The notes under the pieces are model-generated. The model was not told the origin of the DNA. It worked only from the letters and a program-made list of their open reading frames with translations, and ran no database searches. A program made the translations under genes and the position numbers. This document shows, in pieces, positions 62,686 to 64,000 of a DNA stretch of 64,000 bases. The stretch is from NCBI GenBank assembly GCA_002633005.1, contig NMRA01000038.1, forward strand, positions 1,285,961-1,349,960, written 5' to 3'. Origin of the DNA: Phoronis australis. Its lineage: Eukaryota > Animalia > Phoronida. Position 1 is the stretch's first letter. Every line of letters starts with the position of its first letter.

Positions 62686-64000
62686 AAATTGCTGAAAGTA
62701 TCAAAATTAAAAAGGCTTGAAAATGGGTAACAAAGGTTTGAAGTTGTCTCAAAAAACTTGTATATTTTACAGACAAGTGATGCGTTTAAAGAATTGTTAT
62801 GGCTAGGGATAAAAAATAAAGACACAGTTTTATGCAATACTCATTATATACACACTTGGTTTCTGAAAATAGTAATTATTTACTTTTATGTGAAACTGTA
62901 GACCAATCACCATACATTTTTGAAAAACAGGGATAACATTTTTGATCCAATCTGGAGTACTTAGTTATTCTTATTTCAATATTTGTTCCAGGTTCAGTGA
63001 CATTTTGAGGCCACTTCAAGCTGTATCATAGACAAGCTTTGTTACTCCGTTCTCTTCCCACAGCACTTCCACACACCAGCAGTGCCGCATGGCACAGTGT
63101 GCAAGTCAGTGGCCCTGGAGAAATGTGAATCGCAGTACTAAGTTACCATAAGACAATGTGCCAGTGGAGTGTCTGTGTATCCAGACGAACTATAGCTGAC
63201 TGCTACACAAATAAACCTTGTTGGTGAGGATGCCCTTTCATAGGCAATGAGTCATGTGTGGACAATAGCTTATTTCCTTTCCTGGAAGAAACATGAGGGA
63301 CTGAAGTTAAAGAAGACCTAGTCACACTCTGGTCTAGTTCAGAGTCTGATTTTGGGCTTAAAACGATTTAAGTGATATGCTGCTTTGTTTACCTTCAAGG
63401 GTCTAATTGTGGATGTTATTGAGGCTGAATGAGGTTACATGAAAGAAAGCCACGTGTTGAAACTGGGCCTTTTTTACAAGCGCTTCTACAGGCCATTGAA
63501 ACTAGAACCCAGTGCCAAAAGCTGAGTGACATTAAATTTTCCTTTCAGAAGAAAGGCTTTATACTATTGGTAAAAAAAATTTTCAATTTGGTACAGATTA
63601 TGGGGAAATGACATTCAGTGACTGCATCGATTGTCTCATTGTATGTTTTCAATTTTAGCTAGCTGGACAAGAATGCACAAGATTCGAGAATAAACAATTA
63701 TCAGTGTATCTAAAAACAAATGGCACATTGAAAAAGCACAGAAAGAAACAACATTGTGAGGGAGTCCATAATCAGGCATATCAGGTGCTGAATTTCTGAA
63801 TTACGTTCAATTCTCTCAGGTTATTGCTGAAGGATTGCTTTTCACTTTGTCCAACGGTAAAATAGATGGTCAGGCAGTTGGTTTCAGTTGTTTTTTCTTG
63901 CCTGTAACAGAATAGAAATATTAGCAAATTGTAAAAGAAAAGACAAGACAAAACTACTTTTGTAAGGCAGAACATACTTGACATTTCATCTTCATGTTTA

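Noticed and set aside
62141-62837. Long ORFs of 160-220 aa
   Set aside because: They are artefacts of the N gap.
63781-63910. Minus-strand exon-like segment (KKKQLKPTA*PSI, faintly like a THAP C-terminus) or an upstream kringle-gene exon
   Set aside because: It is too short, contains a stop in that frame and has no kringle motif. It cannot be assigned without a search.

Overview
AT-rich, intron-containing invertebrate animal DNA. A lophotrochozoan or mollusc origin is likely, but this is inferred only from the repeat types and the single beta-adaptin gene. It is a draft assembly with four single-N joins (9553, 14916, 37768, 46534) and one 465-N gap. Six protein-coding genes were reconstructed by hand from GT-AG splice sites and frame continuity: the 3' end of MEAK7/TLDC1 (+); a two-exon divergent Snail/Scratch-family C2H2 gene (-); a four-exon MARVEL-domain (CMTM/plasmolipin-like) gene (+); a complete 19-coding-exon beta-adaptin AP1B1/AP2B1 (-); a complete 8-coding-exon PEX12 (+); and the 3' part of a multi-kringle gene (-). 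Scratch-like/MARVEL and beta-adaptin/PEX12 each form a head-to-head pair; the second pair mirrors the human AP2B1-PEX12 neighbourhood. Introns and intergenic DNA carry Helentron-like (HINE/DINE-type) elements, several MITEs, a SINE, LINE-RT, Penelope and THAP remnants, and tandem repeats. Several single-N joins are uncollapsed alleles, and one captures a presence/absence transposon polymorphism. I found no clearly novel multi-gene system. The best leads are the atypical Scratch-like repressor, the conserved beta-adaptin/PEX12 shared promoter and the polymorphic Helentron-like insertion.
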